The notes under the pieces were generated by a model that was not told the origin of the DNA, did no database searches, and saw nothing but the letters and a program-made list of their open reading frames with translations. Below, in pieces: positions 11,471 through 24,639 of a stretch of DNA of 64,000 bases; position 1 is the stretch's first letter; each line of letters begins with the position of its first letter. The DNA lies in the NCBI RefSeq assembly GCF_006345805.1, contig NC_043004.1:104532001-104596000 (forward strand). The letters run 5' to 3'. The DNA comes from Octopus sinensis. Taxonomy: Eukaryota. The position numbers were made by a program, and so were the translations under genes.

Positions 11471-12725
11471 TGAATTCTTTTTTCTTTTTCGTTAAAGGGT
11501 CTCAAACTGAAAATTGTCCCTTCTTATCACACAGCCATACCTGCGTTTATTGGAATTTACATGATAAGAATAATAATTACCATGAATAGATTCGATATAG
11601 CACCGTACTCAGCTTCGAAAATTCAGTCAGCGTAAAACTAGAGTAATTTCCATGGGTTTTCCCCCAAAGTTATCGTACCTGTAACAATAGGTACACGTGT
11701 AACTATACACGTTGGATAGTAATATAGGTATGATGACATATAAAGGGAAATAATTGAAACAGACTTAGAATCGTCTCCCTTGACACATACGAAAGAGAAA
11801 CTCTATTTTTTTTTTTTGTTTCATCCTGGATTTTTCTAGAGGAAAGTTCCACAATTTCTTGCGGAACAACCTGTCATAAATTATCTGCTTATAATGATCA
11901 GATCTTTGTCCCGTTCATTAGCTCACTCTCTCCATTAATATTGAACTTTACTGTATAGATGCACGATGTACCGTACGTCAGACATCAAAGTGGTTGCAGG
12001 GCGAGGTGAAATAAAGAGTTTTGCTCAAGAACACATTGTACAGCTCGGCCCAAGAATCAAAACCACCATCTTGCGATCACCAAACCATTGGGCCATACGT
12101 ACACAAACATTACAGAGGAAAAGAAATGTATAGATGTATGAGAGAGAGAGGTGCAGTACACTTGTAGTAATAATACTGAAAAATAAAATAGAATGGTTTC
12201 AAGTTTTGGCACAAGGCCAGCAATTTTAGAGGGAAGGGGTAGGTTGATTGCATCGATCCCAATGTTCAATTGATTCTTATTTTATCTACAGCGAAAGAGG
12301 ATTTGAAACAGAATCCATAATTTTATTCATTTTCAGACCAGTTTCTGGTCTTTTGTTTTCTCATCTCTGTATTTTGAGATTTCTGTGGATGAGTTGACCC
12401 CTGAAAACTTCTCTAGTCATAGAAAGGTCAGGAATATAATTCTGGAGAAATCGTTTGTTTTAGGTTGACCTACTTTAATTGCCAAACATATATAAACACA
12501 AGAAACTTCTCTATCTTCCCGTTCGACCAATTCGACCGTTGACCGAGGGGCAGGTCTGACGAGTCGTCATCATTGCCAAGCGCTGACGAGACTAAGGATG
12601 ACTTTCTGATCGCTTCTATGGCATAAACAGGATATACTATGCAAAAGTATAACTGTTCAAATTCTCTTTAGGAGTGTACATCTTTTTCCTAACTTACAGG
12701 CGACTAATTGATGTGTGTGTGTGTG

Positions 12726-12795
<70 letters not shown>

Positions 12796-12802
<7 letters not shown>

Positions 12803-13134
12803 ATGTAGAAAAATACATACTGGGACAAGAACGTAAAACATTTAGAAGACGATACAAAAAACACGGACGGGACATTCGAAGCCTGCAATCTTCAGTCAAG
12901 AACCGGATCATCCTAGCATTTTCGGCTGATTAATCTTGAGATCGCTCCGATCCGGCCAGCCCCAAGGAAAAACTAATCTACGAGCATTAGATTTATTGGA
13001 AGAAGGATCGAATGTATACGAAACAGGGACAGAAAAACGGACGATGCCACACGAATATAAAATACAAAAAACAATAATGGTAAAAACAGGACAAAAACAG
13101 CGGGTGTCTTACGACTAATAAACAGTACAACACT

Positions 13135-13135
<1 letters not shown>
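12796..13135 (-). mobile_element. Probable Penelope-like terminal fragment embedded in (TA)n
   Basis: Non-simple block flanked on both sides by (TA)n; minus strand has a degenerate CTGAAGA...TCGAA.GTC hammerhead-like motif. Confidence 0.45.
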
Positions 13136-13166
<31 letters not shown>

Positions 13167-13313
13167 ATTTATTATAATTAAGGGTTAAATGCAACAAGTT
13201 GCTCAAAACCACATACCGAAAATATTAGAAATAGCAGCCAAAATTATAGAAATAGCAGCCAAGTTATCTACAAGTTATCTCTGAATACTTTTGCTCCCAT
13301 ATTGAATACTTAT

Positions 13314-13348
<35 letters not shown>

Positions 13349-13349
13349 C

Positions 13350-13695
13350 TGAATGGCACTCCGTCGGTTACGACGACGAGGGTTCCGGTTGATCCGATCA
13401 ACGGAAGAGCCTGTTCGTGAAATTAACGTGCAAGTGGCTGAGCATTCCACGGACATGTGCACCCTTAACGTAGTTCTCGGGGCGATTCAGCGTGACACAG
13501 AGCTGACCCTTTGAAATACAGGTAAGAAAGAGTGAGAGAAAGTTGTGGTGATAGAGTACAGCAGGGTTCGCCACCACCCCCTATCGGAGCCTCGTGGAGC
13601 TTTAGGTGTTTTCGCTCAATAAACACTCACAACGCCCGGTTTCGGAAACGAAACCGCGATCCTACAACCGTGAGTCCGCTGCCCTAACTACTGGG
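13350..13695 (-). mobile_element. SINE family E
   Basis: tRNA-like head at about 13640-13695; body matches 1-240. Confidence 0.75.
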
Positions 13696-14215
13696 TCGTT
13701 GTTTAGTTAGTTGCGGGATTAGGGAAAAATCGACAGAAAAATGTAGGAAGCTTAAAATAAGTACTGGCGCTCGTTTGTTAGTCTAACCCTAGAAAGCAGT
13801 AAATGCCCCAGCATGGTCGCAGTCCAGTGATTCAAACAAGTACAAAGAAAAAGGTAAAAGTGTATGGTGAGTGCAAAAGTTAGATTATTCTTATGAATAG
13901 CAAAGAAAATTTTCCTGCAGGTAGTTGATGATATATGTCCATATATGGGCATGTATACTATTACACGGCAACCACTGTTATAAACAAATTAAAGGTTTTT
14001 GTACCACACGAAATAAATAAATAAAGAAAGAAAGAAGGAAAGAAACAAATAAAGCAATGATTAATGCAATAATATATTCCTTTTATGGAGAAAGAAAAAA
14101 GTAACTGCATTTGTTTCCTAACTTAGGAGATTATTATCGAAATAAATAAATAAACAAGATGCTACGACCCGAGGTGTGTTTGGATAAGGGTTAGGGCATT
14201 GGATTTAAGATTAGG

Positions 14216-14347
14216 CTCAGAGTGAGTCCCTCTTATAGATTCTCATCGTCTCTCCAATGCATTGACAACCTCATCTTCAAGAAACTTGAATGCTTGGTCA
14301 ATGTCAGACTCTCTCCAGAGTCCCGTGACCAGGCTGCTTCGCAACAA
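14216..14347 (+). pseudogene. Truncated second copy of the CRE-like RT fragment
   Basis: Near identical to 9297-9428. Confidence 0.65.
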
Positions 14348-14427
14348 ATAATCGTTGATGTTTTTCACTAATCTAGCAAACGTGTTTTATTTGTCCGTAT
14401 ATGTATGCAAGTATGTATGTATGTCAT

Positions 14428-14724
14428 TGTTGTTTGTTCCTTCTCGAGCCACGCCTGGCTCTTAAGGGCCGGTTTCCCGGTTTCCTTGGCGTGTGGATCC
14501 CCCACCTGCACGGGACGCCGGTTCGTCGCAGCTGTGCTGCAAGATGCAGGAGGAAAGAGTTAGAGTAAGTTGTGGTGAAAGAGTCAGCAGAAGTTCACCA
14601 TTACCTTCTGCCGGAGCCGCGTGGAGCTTGGGTGTTTTGCTCATGAACACACACATCGTCCGGTCTGAGATTCGAACCCGCGATCCCTCGATCGCTGCTC
14701 TAACCATTAGGCCATGTGCCTCCA
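14428..14724 (-). mobile_element. tRNA-derived SINE family D with (CAA)n tail
   Basis: Head TGGCCTAATGGTTAGAGC...GGTTCGAATCTC; second copy at 31649-31938. Confidence 0.8.
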
Positions 14725-16196
14725 TTATGTATGTCATTATTCAGCTTTATTTAAGATTTCTTATCAATAGAGAAAGAGCCGGTTTCTAAACTAGATCCAA
14801 GGTTCCTTCATTGGAATTTCAACATCAACAACAGGATATTTTTGTATGGATGCATGTATATATGAATAGGTGAAGAGTTGAATGTTTTGTTTTATGCATG
14901 TCTTCTCGTGCATAAAATATATCTAGATATCTGGACATGTATGTATGTATGTATGTATGTATGTATGTATGTATGTATGTATGTATGTATGTATATGTAT
15001 GTATATGTATGTATGTATGTATGTATGTATATATGTATGTATGTATGTTGTATCCTGTTGTATGTATGTATGTTCGAGTTTTAATGATTTGAAGTCTTCC
15101 AGTAAGGAAGTTTCTAATACAGATACAAAACTCCATCGTTGGAATGTAAATAAAAACGCTGCATGTATGCACGTATTGATGGTTAGGTTGTGTGTGTGTG
15201 CGTGTGTGTGTATGAATGTGCATGTGTGTGTGGCTGAATGTGCATCTGTGTGCGAGTGTGTATGTGTGTGTATTTAATGGGTGTCAAGACGTTTATATAA
15301 GCATAGAATATGTGTGTGTATGCATGTATGTGTATATATATAGGATAGCATCCCTTAAAAATGTATTTTCCACAGATACAATTTTAGATTAGATGCTGCA
15401 GAGTATGATGAAATGGGGGAAAATGTTTTGAGTTCCACCTCCACTTCCCCACCGAACTTTATTAAATGCATATCTTTCAATGAAATTCTCCAGAGACTCT
15501 TTTACCGAGATTTAGAACTCGATTTTGCTTCTAATATTTTATGACCGATAATCGCAATCTTCGCAAACGACATACATGGAATTCTTCTTTGAAAATACAC
15601 AAGTTTTAGAAAGTTAAAGGCAGAAGAACACTTTTGCATGAACATATATTCTTGAATTATTTATACTAATTTCATTGATTGGACAATGACCGTGCTCAGG
15701 GAACCGCCTTGTAGCGTCTAATCGGGCCCCACTTGGTAGGGTTATATCGACTTCTTTCGAAGCTTAAGTCTGTATTTAACGGGCATCTGAGGTACGGGAC
15801 ATAAACAAACAACACCGGTTTTTAAGCGGTGTTAATATAAAGACAGACAAACACGTCCCCCCTGCATACACTCAGAGGTGGGGGTGAGAGTTCGCGCGTT
15901 TATTGTAGAAATATATCAAAATTTTCCACTTAAAGATGGAAAATATTGGCACCATTCAGCTGATGAAATCGGCACCACAGCGCTTGGTTTTCCCGTTTTG
16001 TTTTCAATTTTCCCCACAAGTTTTCCAAGTTCTTACCCGTCGCTTACCTTTTTTTTTTCGATTTTCTTTTTTTTATATTCTATACAAAAGTACATATTTC
16101 TTTACTGCCCACAAGGGGCTGTCTATGCAAAAGTATAACTGTTCAAACTCTCTTCAGAAGTGTGCATCTTTTCCTAACCTACAGGCGACTAATTGA

Positions 16197-16230
<34 letters not shown>

Positions 16231-16886
16231 ATATATATATATATATATACACACATCAATTAGGGGGAATATTCCTTGTCTTGAATGTCTTGTACTCTGT
16301 TTTTTTTTTTTCGTTGTTTGAAAAAGTTCGTTTCTATGTTTTTGTTTTTAATTTTTATGTTTCTCATTGTGTTCAACGTATTTTTAGATGTCCTGTACCC
16401 ATATATGCATGTATATATACATATATATGTAGGTATATATGCATATATTTATATATTATTTATATTATACACACACACACACACATATATATATACATAC
16501 ATACGTGTGTGTGCGGGTCCACCTTTTGACAAACAGTGATACTTTGTTTACGTCCCTGTTAGTTGTGGGATTCGGGAAAAATCGACAGAATATGTACGAA
16601 GTTTAAAATAAGTATTGGCGTTCGTTTGTTAGTCTAACCCTAGAAAGCAGTAAATGCCCCAGCATGGTCGCAGTCCAGTGATTCAAACTAGTACAAAGAA
16701 AAAGGTAAAAGTGTATGGTGAGTGCAAAAGTTAGATTATTCTTATGAATAGCAAAGAAAATTTTCCTGCAGGTAGTTGATGATATATGTCCATATATGGG
16801 CATGTATACTATCACACGGCAACCACTGTTGTAAACAAATTAAAGGTTTTTGTACCACACGAAATAAATAAATAAAGGAAGAAGGA

Positions 16887-16918
<32 letters not shown>

Positions 16919-17106
16919 AGGAAAGAAACAAATAAAGCAATGATTAATGCAATAATATATTCCTTTTATGGAGAAAGAAAAAAGAAAAGAAAGTAACTGC
17001 ATTTGTTTCCTAACTTACGAGATTATCATCGAAATAAATAAATAAACAAGATGCTACGACCCGAGGTGTGTTTGGATAAGGGTTAGGGCATTGGATTTAA
17101 GATTAG

Positions 17107-17460
17107 GCTCAGAGTGAGTCCCTCTTATAGATTCTCGTCGTCTCTCCAATGCATTGACAACCTCATCTTCAAGAAACTTGAATGCTTGGTCAATGTCAGA
17201 CTCTCTCCAGAGTCCCATGACCAGGCTGCTTCGCATCAAACGGTTTGGGGGTCTAGGTCTGCGTAAGTACTTGCCTCTACCACTTCTCTGTTTTCTTTCC
17301 TCCACCCACGCCTGCTCCCCTTTAATAGGCAACTTCTCTGTAACATGGACTAGTTCCAACAGGGAGATGGATGAAGCTCTGTTCCAGGGGAGAGAAATGG
17401 GTTTCTCAGTTACTGTTACAATTGGGGATAGAAGAAAGCGACAATCGGCACTCAGGTGTC
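17107..17460 (+). pseudogene. Third copy of the CRE-like RT fragment
   Basis: Near identical to 9297-9660; reads LRVSPSYRFSSSLQCIDNLIFKKLECLVNVRLSPESHDQAA / RFGGLGLRK...CFLSS. Confidence 0.65.
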
Positions 17461-17578
17461 CCTTTCAACTCTAGCTTTTCTTTTTTATATATATATGACC
17501 TTTAGAAATAGTAATTCCTTGACGATTGCTTACGATCAGTTTTTCACTTTCAATCTGTGATCATAAACCGAAAGGATG

Positions 17579-17627
<49 letters not shown>

Positions 17628-17671
17628 CTTTTTTACTTGCTTCAGTCATTTGACTGCGGCCATGCTGGATA

Positions 17672-17748
<77 letters not shown>

Positions 17749-18744
17749 ATACATACATGCACAAACGCATGTAGCGAATAAAAGAATGTAAATGCGAGTG
17801 AGTGGACAAACAAAAGAAAAAAATGCACTCAACACATTTGGTAGGAATTACATGTATTATTTAAAACAGTTTGATTTGGTTCCGTGTTACTCTAAGTTTC
17901 ACAGGCCCCTTAACGGGACACACGCATACATGTAGGGGCTTTCGCATAGTTTCCCTCTGCCAATTGCATTCAGAGAGCATTGGTCAAACCGAGGCTATAA
18001 AAAAACAACAACATTTGGCTGAGGTACCTCACAATAGAACTGAACCCGAAACTATGTGATAGCAAAGCGAACTTCATCATACATCCTCACACACACATAC
18101 GTACACACACACACTACCTGTATAAATATTTATGCGTGCGTCTGTTTATGTATATGTAAGAGAGAGAGAGAAAGGGGGGAGGGAGGAGGTGCGTGTGTGC
18201 ATCTATGTATGTTCGCGTGTGTATTTGGGACTAGCGGTGTGTGTGTGTGAGTGAGGATGTGTGTGCATGTGCGAGTGAAGGTGCGTGTGTGCATGTGCGA
18301 GTGAAGGTGCGTGTGTGCATATGTGTGTATCACATTAGACGCTATTACTCAGTTTTCACATATAGTCAACATGAGTCATAAAACTTATTCACTTAGTCAT
18401 TTCACCTTTCGCTGATGATGATAGTTGAAAGAAAACTTTTCGAAATCGCCCCCCGCTGTAAACGATGAGACCTCGAATTTTAATTATTTTACGATGGTGA
18501 AAGAGAATCGATAACAATAACGGACTGTGTCCAGTCGGCTATTCGAAACAATAATGAACTGTAATAGACTGTTGTTTTGTAATCTCGTAAAATATCCATA
18601 GCTGATGGTGGGAGCTATGGATAACAGTGTTGTGAGCAGGGGACCTGTAAGGAGGAAAAGGACCACTGGTCCGGGAATGGAATAGCTAAGCAAGGGCAAG
18701 TGGATGTCTGGCGTGGCCCTTCTTAAAGAGAGAGAGAGAGAGGG

Positions 18745-18816
<72 letters not shown>

Positions 18817-18984
18817 GATCAAAGACAGACAGAAAGAAAGGAAATTTGAAATATGAAAGGGCACCCTTTTCTTCTCGGGGCAAGAAAATAGTCTTGTTCC
18901 ATGTTGCAAAATTTTTGGAGGCCGTGAGTGTGAACTATTCGAAGCAATAACACGCATCATCATTAGCATTGGTGTGGCCCATAT

Positions 18985-19386
18985 ACTCTCGTACTCTTTT
19001 ACTTGTTTCAGTCATTTGAATGCGGCCATGCTGGAGCACCGCCTTTAGTCGAGCAGATCGACTCCAGGACTTTATTCTTTGGAAGCCTAGTACTTATTCT
19101 ATCGGTCTCTTTTGTCGAACCGCTAGTCACAGGGACGTAAACACACCAGCATCGGTTGTCAAGCGATGTTGGAGGTGGGGACAGACACAGACATACAAAC
19201 ATATACACAAACATACATATATACGACGGGCTTCTTTCAGTTTCCGTCTACCAAATTCACTCACAAGGCATTGGTCGGCCCCAGGCTATAGTAGAAGACA
19301 CTTGCCCAAGGTGCCACGCAGTGGGACTGAACCCGGAACCATGTGGTTGGTAAGCAAGCTACTTACCAGACAGCCATTCCTGCGCG
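18985..19386 (-). mobile_element. SINE family A, full length
   Basis: Reverse complement of 45386-45778. Confidence 0.88.
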
Positions 19387-19502
19387 TATGTGCGAGTCCT
19401 AGCAATAATGCAAGTTACCGTTGCCAGTGGGATTAGCTAATCCTAGCAATTCTAAACCACCCAAAGGAATGGTAAGTTAAAGCAAGAAGTTAACAGTAAT
19501 CA

Positions 19503-19962
19503 TTGCTGCAGCATCTCGAAAGAGTCCAGAAGCTGGCTACCCGCATGGTTCTTGGTCTCAAGAATTTGTCTTATGAAGAAAGGCTGAAGACGCTCGACCT
19601 TTATTCTCTTGAAAAACGCCGCCGCCGTGGTGATCTCATTCTCGCTCACAACATCATAAGCAGAAAGTGTAACCTCTCGAAAGAGCTGTTCTTCACTCCT
19701 GCTCCAGAGCGTCGGCTGCGGGGTCACTCCGAAAAGCTCTATCTGCGACGATTTCATCTCAATTGAAGGAGAGGGGCTTTCTCCGTCCGGGTTGCGGATC
19801 CGTGGAATAAGCTGCCAGACGAGATGGTGAAGATGCCGACGACCGCTCGGTTCAAAGTCTCCCTTGACCACAAGTGGCCTGAACTCTTTACATGAACACC
19901 ACCCTGTACATACCTACATGGCCTTGCTTTTTGCTTTTTGAGCCAAAAATTAACTAACTAAC
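19503..19962 (+). mobile_element. CR1-group LINE 3' end (5'-truncated)
   Basis: LERVQKLATRMV..L..LSYEERLKTLDLYSLEKRRRRGDLI...RGH...FSVRVADPWNKLP, followed by a 3' UTR and a (TAAC)n tail. Confidence 0.92.
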
Positions 19963-20240
19963 ACATTATCACGGAGCAATCTCTAAACACCGTTTTGTTC
20001 TCAAGCAATGGACTGGCTTTTACAGTGAGTCAACACATATATTTTCAGCTTTGCACTGTAGCCATGCTGGAGCAACGCTTTGAAGAGTTTTAGCCGAGCG
20101 AATCGATCCCAAGACTTATTTATATCTTTAAGCCTTGTACTTGGTTTTCTATCGGTCATTTTTGCTGAACTGCTAAATTCTGGGGAAGATAACAAACCAA
20201 CACCGGTTGTTAAGTGGTGGGGAAACACACGGACTCAAAG

Positions 20241-20304
<64 letters not shown>

Positions 20305-20454
20305 ATATATAACGGGCTTCTTTCAGTTCTCGTCTGCCAAATCCATTCAAAAGTCTTTGGCCGCCCCAGAGAATACACTTGCCGAAGATGCAACGCAGTG
20401 AGACTGAACCTGAAACCATGTGGTTGGGAAGCAAACATATACATGTATGTGCCA

Positions 20455-21082
20455 TACTAATACACACACCAACTAATACATACTAATACGTACTAATACA
20501 TACTAGTACATACTAATACTTACACCAACCCTATACATACACACGTCCAGACCCCGCATATGCACTTATACTCTCACACACACACACACACACACCTATA
20601 CATACCAATACGTACTAATACATACTAATACATACTAATACATACACCAACCCCATACATACGCACGTCCAGACCAATCCTACGCACTAATACTCTCATA
20701 CACACACACCCTTATACATACTAATACATACACCAACCCTATACATACACACATCCAGACCCCTCCCACGCACTTTTAGCTGGTCCCTCAACCCTTTTAT
20801 CAACCCTATTATCTCCCCTTATTTCGCTCTCGCGTCTCATGTTTGATCTTTGACCTCTGGCCGAAATCAGATCGCCATGTTGATTCGTTAGCTACTGCAC
20901 GCATTTTTTTTCTCTCCTTCTTTCTGTGTTTTTCTCTCTCTGTGTATCTTTCTGTTGAAGAGCGTAGGCTCGAAACGTTAAAGACTTGTTTTATTTATAT
21001 TTCCTGAGCGCCATACTAATACAATTGTTCGTTTGTTTTCCACCTGCCTTCGTCTTTTGTTTATTTTCATAAAGCTTCCCGT
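20455..21082 (+). mobile_element. Penelope-like terminal region with minisatellite and degenerate hammerhead
   Basis: (CATACTAATA)n units and three copies of ACACCAACCC(T/C)ATACATAC(A/G)CAC(G/A)TCCAGACC; hammerhead-like motif at 20947-20984; ends in (TA)n. Confidence 0.55.
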
Positions 21083-21092
21083 TATATATATA

Positions 21093-21139
<47 letters not shown>

Positions 21140-21198
21140 AATATATATACATATATATACATATATATACACTATATATATATACATAATATATATAT

Positions 21199-21286
<88 letters not shown>

Positions 21287-21610
21287 AGTGTATACGCATA
21301 CACCACACACATCTACATGTACACATACGTAAACCCTGCCTTTCATCTAAGGATCTGATATACTTCCTCATTTCCGGTGCTGAGAGAAGAAAACGCAAGC
21401 GCTCCATCACTGACCACTCGTTATATCCTGCAATTTATTCATCATCAAGACTCCCTGCAATATTTTCCCTCCAGACTGGCATTTTTATCACAATTTCCCT
21501 AATGCCTTCCCCACTACATTCTCCATATTCCTCACTACTGCTACTTTTTTTTTCGCCCCAAGACGTTTTCTCACTTCAAAATGGGTTTTTATAACCGCTT
21601 CATCCATACT

Positions 21611-21693
21611 TAGACATATCTCATTTGCATATCTAGAGATATCTCATATTTGCATATCTAGACATATCTCATTTGCATATCTAGACATATCTC
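21611..21693. repeat. 23-bp minisatellite (about 3.5 copies), each full unit carrying the octamer ATTTGCAT
   Basis: Unit TAGACATATCTCATTTGCATATC. Confidence 0.85.
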
Positions 21694-21771
21694 TTTAAGG
21701 AATTATAAATTTTTCAAATTAGTATAAACTAACCGATCAATTAGCATAATTTAAAAGCGTTCCAGTCGTCA

Positions 21772-22284
21772 CCGACCCTAACTCTACACCGAATTCGAGT
21801 TCTAGCCCTAACCCTACACCGAACATTAAACAACTCTAACCTAAATCAAAATACATTAATGTTAAACCCAGCGCTAACACTAAACCCTAACACTAACCCT
21901 AACTTCTAACACTAACTTTAAACACAACCTAACCCCTGATCATAACCTTAACCCCTATATCCTAACGTTAATCACAAGCCCTATTTCTAGTCCTAACCCT
22001 GAATATAACGCTGACCATAAACCCTAACACTTGTCATAACCCCTACACCTAAACTCTCACCAGTAAGCCCTAACAATAACCCTCATTTCTTACCTCTGAA
22101 ACCCTAACCTTAACCTTAACTCAAAACCCTAACCTCTAAACATAACCAAGCCCCTAAGCACAAACTTAATCCCTGGATCCTAACGCTTACCCTAAACCCT
22201 AACTCTAATCCTAACCCTAAATATAACACTGGACATAAACCCTGTCACTAACCATAATCCCTACACCTAAATTCTCACCAATAA
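21772..22284. repeat. Degenerate interstitial telomere-like (CCCTAA)n tract
   Basis: Many CCCTAA/CCTAAC/CTTAAC variants on one strand; internal duplication 21991-22066 vs 22209-22284. Confidence 0.8.
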
Positions 22285-22997
22285 CACAAGGCCCGAAATT
22301 TTGGAAGTACTTAATTTATCGACCCAGAAAGGATGAAAGGCAAAGTCGGCCTCAGCAAATTTTATTGAATATTTGTTTTGAAAATTTTGTTTTAGTCTGT
22401 AAAATACAAAATACCCAGGAATATTTCGCCCGGCGTGCTAACGTTTCTGTCAGCTCGCTGCCTTTACCTATTCTCAATATTGAAACATAAATTGTTAGAA
22501 TTATTTAACCTGAATCTTGAAACAGTCGCTATTATAACAACTGCAATCTCAAGTGATCTGTGACAACCGTTAAGTTATTTGCGATGATAATAAGCTATTA
22601 GTATCAACGATAAATTAACCTTTGCAATGATAAGTACACTGACCTGATACAATGAGATTATCACTGCTCTGTGAAACGGGGTTTGTTTTAGTATTCCAAA
22701 AATTAGGCTAAACGAAAGCGTGTCAAATAATTAGGAACCGCTTTTGATAATATGTATCTTATATGTTTTTATAAATATACTTTACTTTACAACAAATGTT
22801 TCTGATGCAAGGAAGCAAAGAAAGTCAAACCAGACTTTATCTATTAAAAATCTTACGTAATACATTCAAAATGTATAATTTGTGTAGCCTTGCTCCAGAT
22901 AATTGATACCCAAAGAAGTCGAAACTATGATCCTTCGGTTGTTAAACCCGTGTATTTTTAAATATTATCATTTATAAGAGTAGTAAGGTTGCGAGCT

Positions 22998-23332
22998 GAA
23001 GGCGCATGGCTCAGTGGTTAGAGCGTCGAGCTTACGATCGTGAGATTGTGAGTTCGAATTCCGGACCGGGCTGCGTGTTGTGTTCTTGAGCAAAACACTT
23101 TATTTCACGTTGCTCCAGTTCACTCAGCTGTAGAAATGAGTTGCGACATCACTGGTGCCAAGCTGTATCGGCCCCTTTGCCTTTCCCTTGGATAACATCA
23201 GTGGCATGGAGAGAGGAGGCTGGTATGCATGGGCGACTGCTGGTCTGCCATAAACAACCTTGCCCGACTTGTGCCTGGGAGGGTAACTTTCTAGGTGCAA
23301 TTCCATGGTCATTCATGACCGAAGGGGGGTCT
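22998..23332 (+). mobile_element. tRNA-derived SINE family C, inserted at the head of a family B SINE
   Basis: TGGCTCAGTGGTTAGAGC...GAGTTCGAATTC head; flanked by similar AAGGTTGCGAGCTG / AAGGCTGTGAGCTG. Confidence 0.75.
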
Positions 23333-23333
23333 C

Positions 23334-23545
23334 AAGGCTGTGAGCTGGCAGAATCGTTAGCATGCCGGGCAAAATGCTCAGCGGCAATTCGCCCGCCTGC
23401 ACGTTCTGAGTTCAAATTTCGCCGAGGTCGACTTTGCCTTTCATCCTTTCGGGGTTGATAAAATAATTACCAGCTAAGCACTGGAGTCGATGTAATCGGC
23501 TTAGCCCCGAAATTACTGCCCTTGTACCAAAATTTGAAACCATTA
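23334..23545 (+). mobile_element. SINE family B with the alternative tail
   Basis: Meta-like core, then 'gaaattactgcccttgtaccaaaatttgaaacc'. Confidence 0.8.
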
Positions 23546-24189
23546 CTTAGAAGCCAAGTCGGGTAGTGGATAACAGGGTTCGTGGAGAGTCGGACAAAAA
23601 ACGCACATCGCATTTTTTTAAAGTACGATTATTTACATTACACAGTTCAAATTCAACTGAAGTCTACTTTGCCTTCCATATTCCCGGGGTTCGTTTTACT
23701 TGTTTCAGTCATTGGGCTGCAGTCAATCTGGGGCACCACCCTGGAGGGTCGCGGGGGAACAAATCAACCCCAGTACTTCTTTTTAAGTCTGGTACTTATT
23801 CTATCGGTGTCTTTTGCCAAACCACTAAGTTACGTGGATCTAAATAATTCATCATGGGTTGTCAAACGGTTGAGGGGAGTGCACACACACACAAACACTC
23901 ACACATACATACATACATACATACATACATACATACATACATACATACACACAAATATACATACATACATACATATCCATGCACACATACATACGACGGG
24001 CTTCTGTCAGTTTACCAAATCCAGTCACAAAACTTTGGTTGGTCCAAGGTTATAGTAGAAGACACTTGCCCAAGGTGCTATGATGCTGTGGGACCAAACC
24101 CGGAACCATGTGGTTGGGAAGCAAACGTCTAACCTCACAATCATACCTGAGTTCTTTATTTTTTCAATTAGGTAGGTCTGGAATAAGAG

Positions 24190-24500
24190 GCGTTGGCCAT
24201 TCCCTTTCTATGTGTTCTGTTTGTGCATATGTGAATACGTAGCAACAGCATCCCAGGTGTAGGAGCCGATCTCTAATATAGGCCTCAGCCGAGCTTTGAA
24301 GAGTGTCAGCAATTGCTAGGGGTTAAAACATTTTCTGGTCCTGAAAAAGAAGATCCAGCCTTTGGGATGACCAGTTTATTCCATGAAGTTTATTCCATGC
24401 TTCAGCAATTCTGAGCGTGAAAAAAATGTTTCCGAAAACCATGGGTGCTGCGTTGTTTTTTGATTTTATAAGCATGTCCGCGAGTGTTTGTCACATGGAC
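24190..24500 (-). mobile_element. CR1-group LINE fragments
   Basis: Minus-strand TRGHAYKIKKQRSTHGFRKHFF..RIAEAWNKL (24390-24495) and LLTLFKARLRPILEIGSYTW (24250-24315). Confidence 0.7.
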
Positions 24501-24581
24501 ACGTCGGGTACAGGGTGTCAGCAACGGTGCAAATAACATGAAATACGTAAACAACAAGAAAAAATAGAAAAGAAGACAAGT

Positions 24582-24639
<58 letters not shown>

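Noticed and set aside
12535-12625. Two CTGACGAG motifs suggesting a hammerhead
   Set aside because: No GAAA segment or stems to complete the fold.
18405-18450. CTGATGA...CGAAA hammerhead-like motif
   Set aside because: Stem II closing pair, stem III and cleavage triplet are absent.
22998-23075. tRNA-like sequence
   Set aside because: It is a SINE head: no acceptor stem and it continues into the SINE body.
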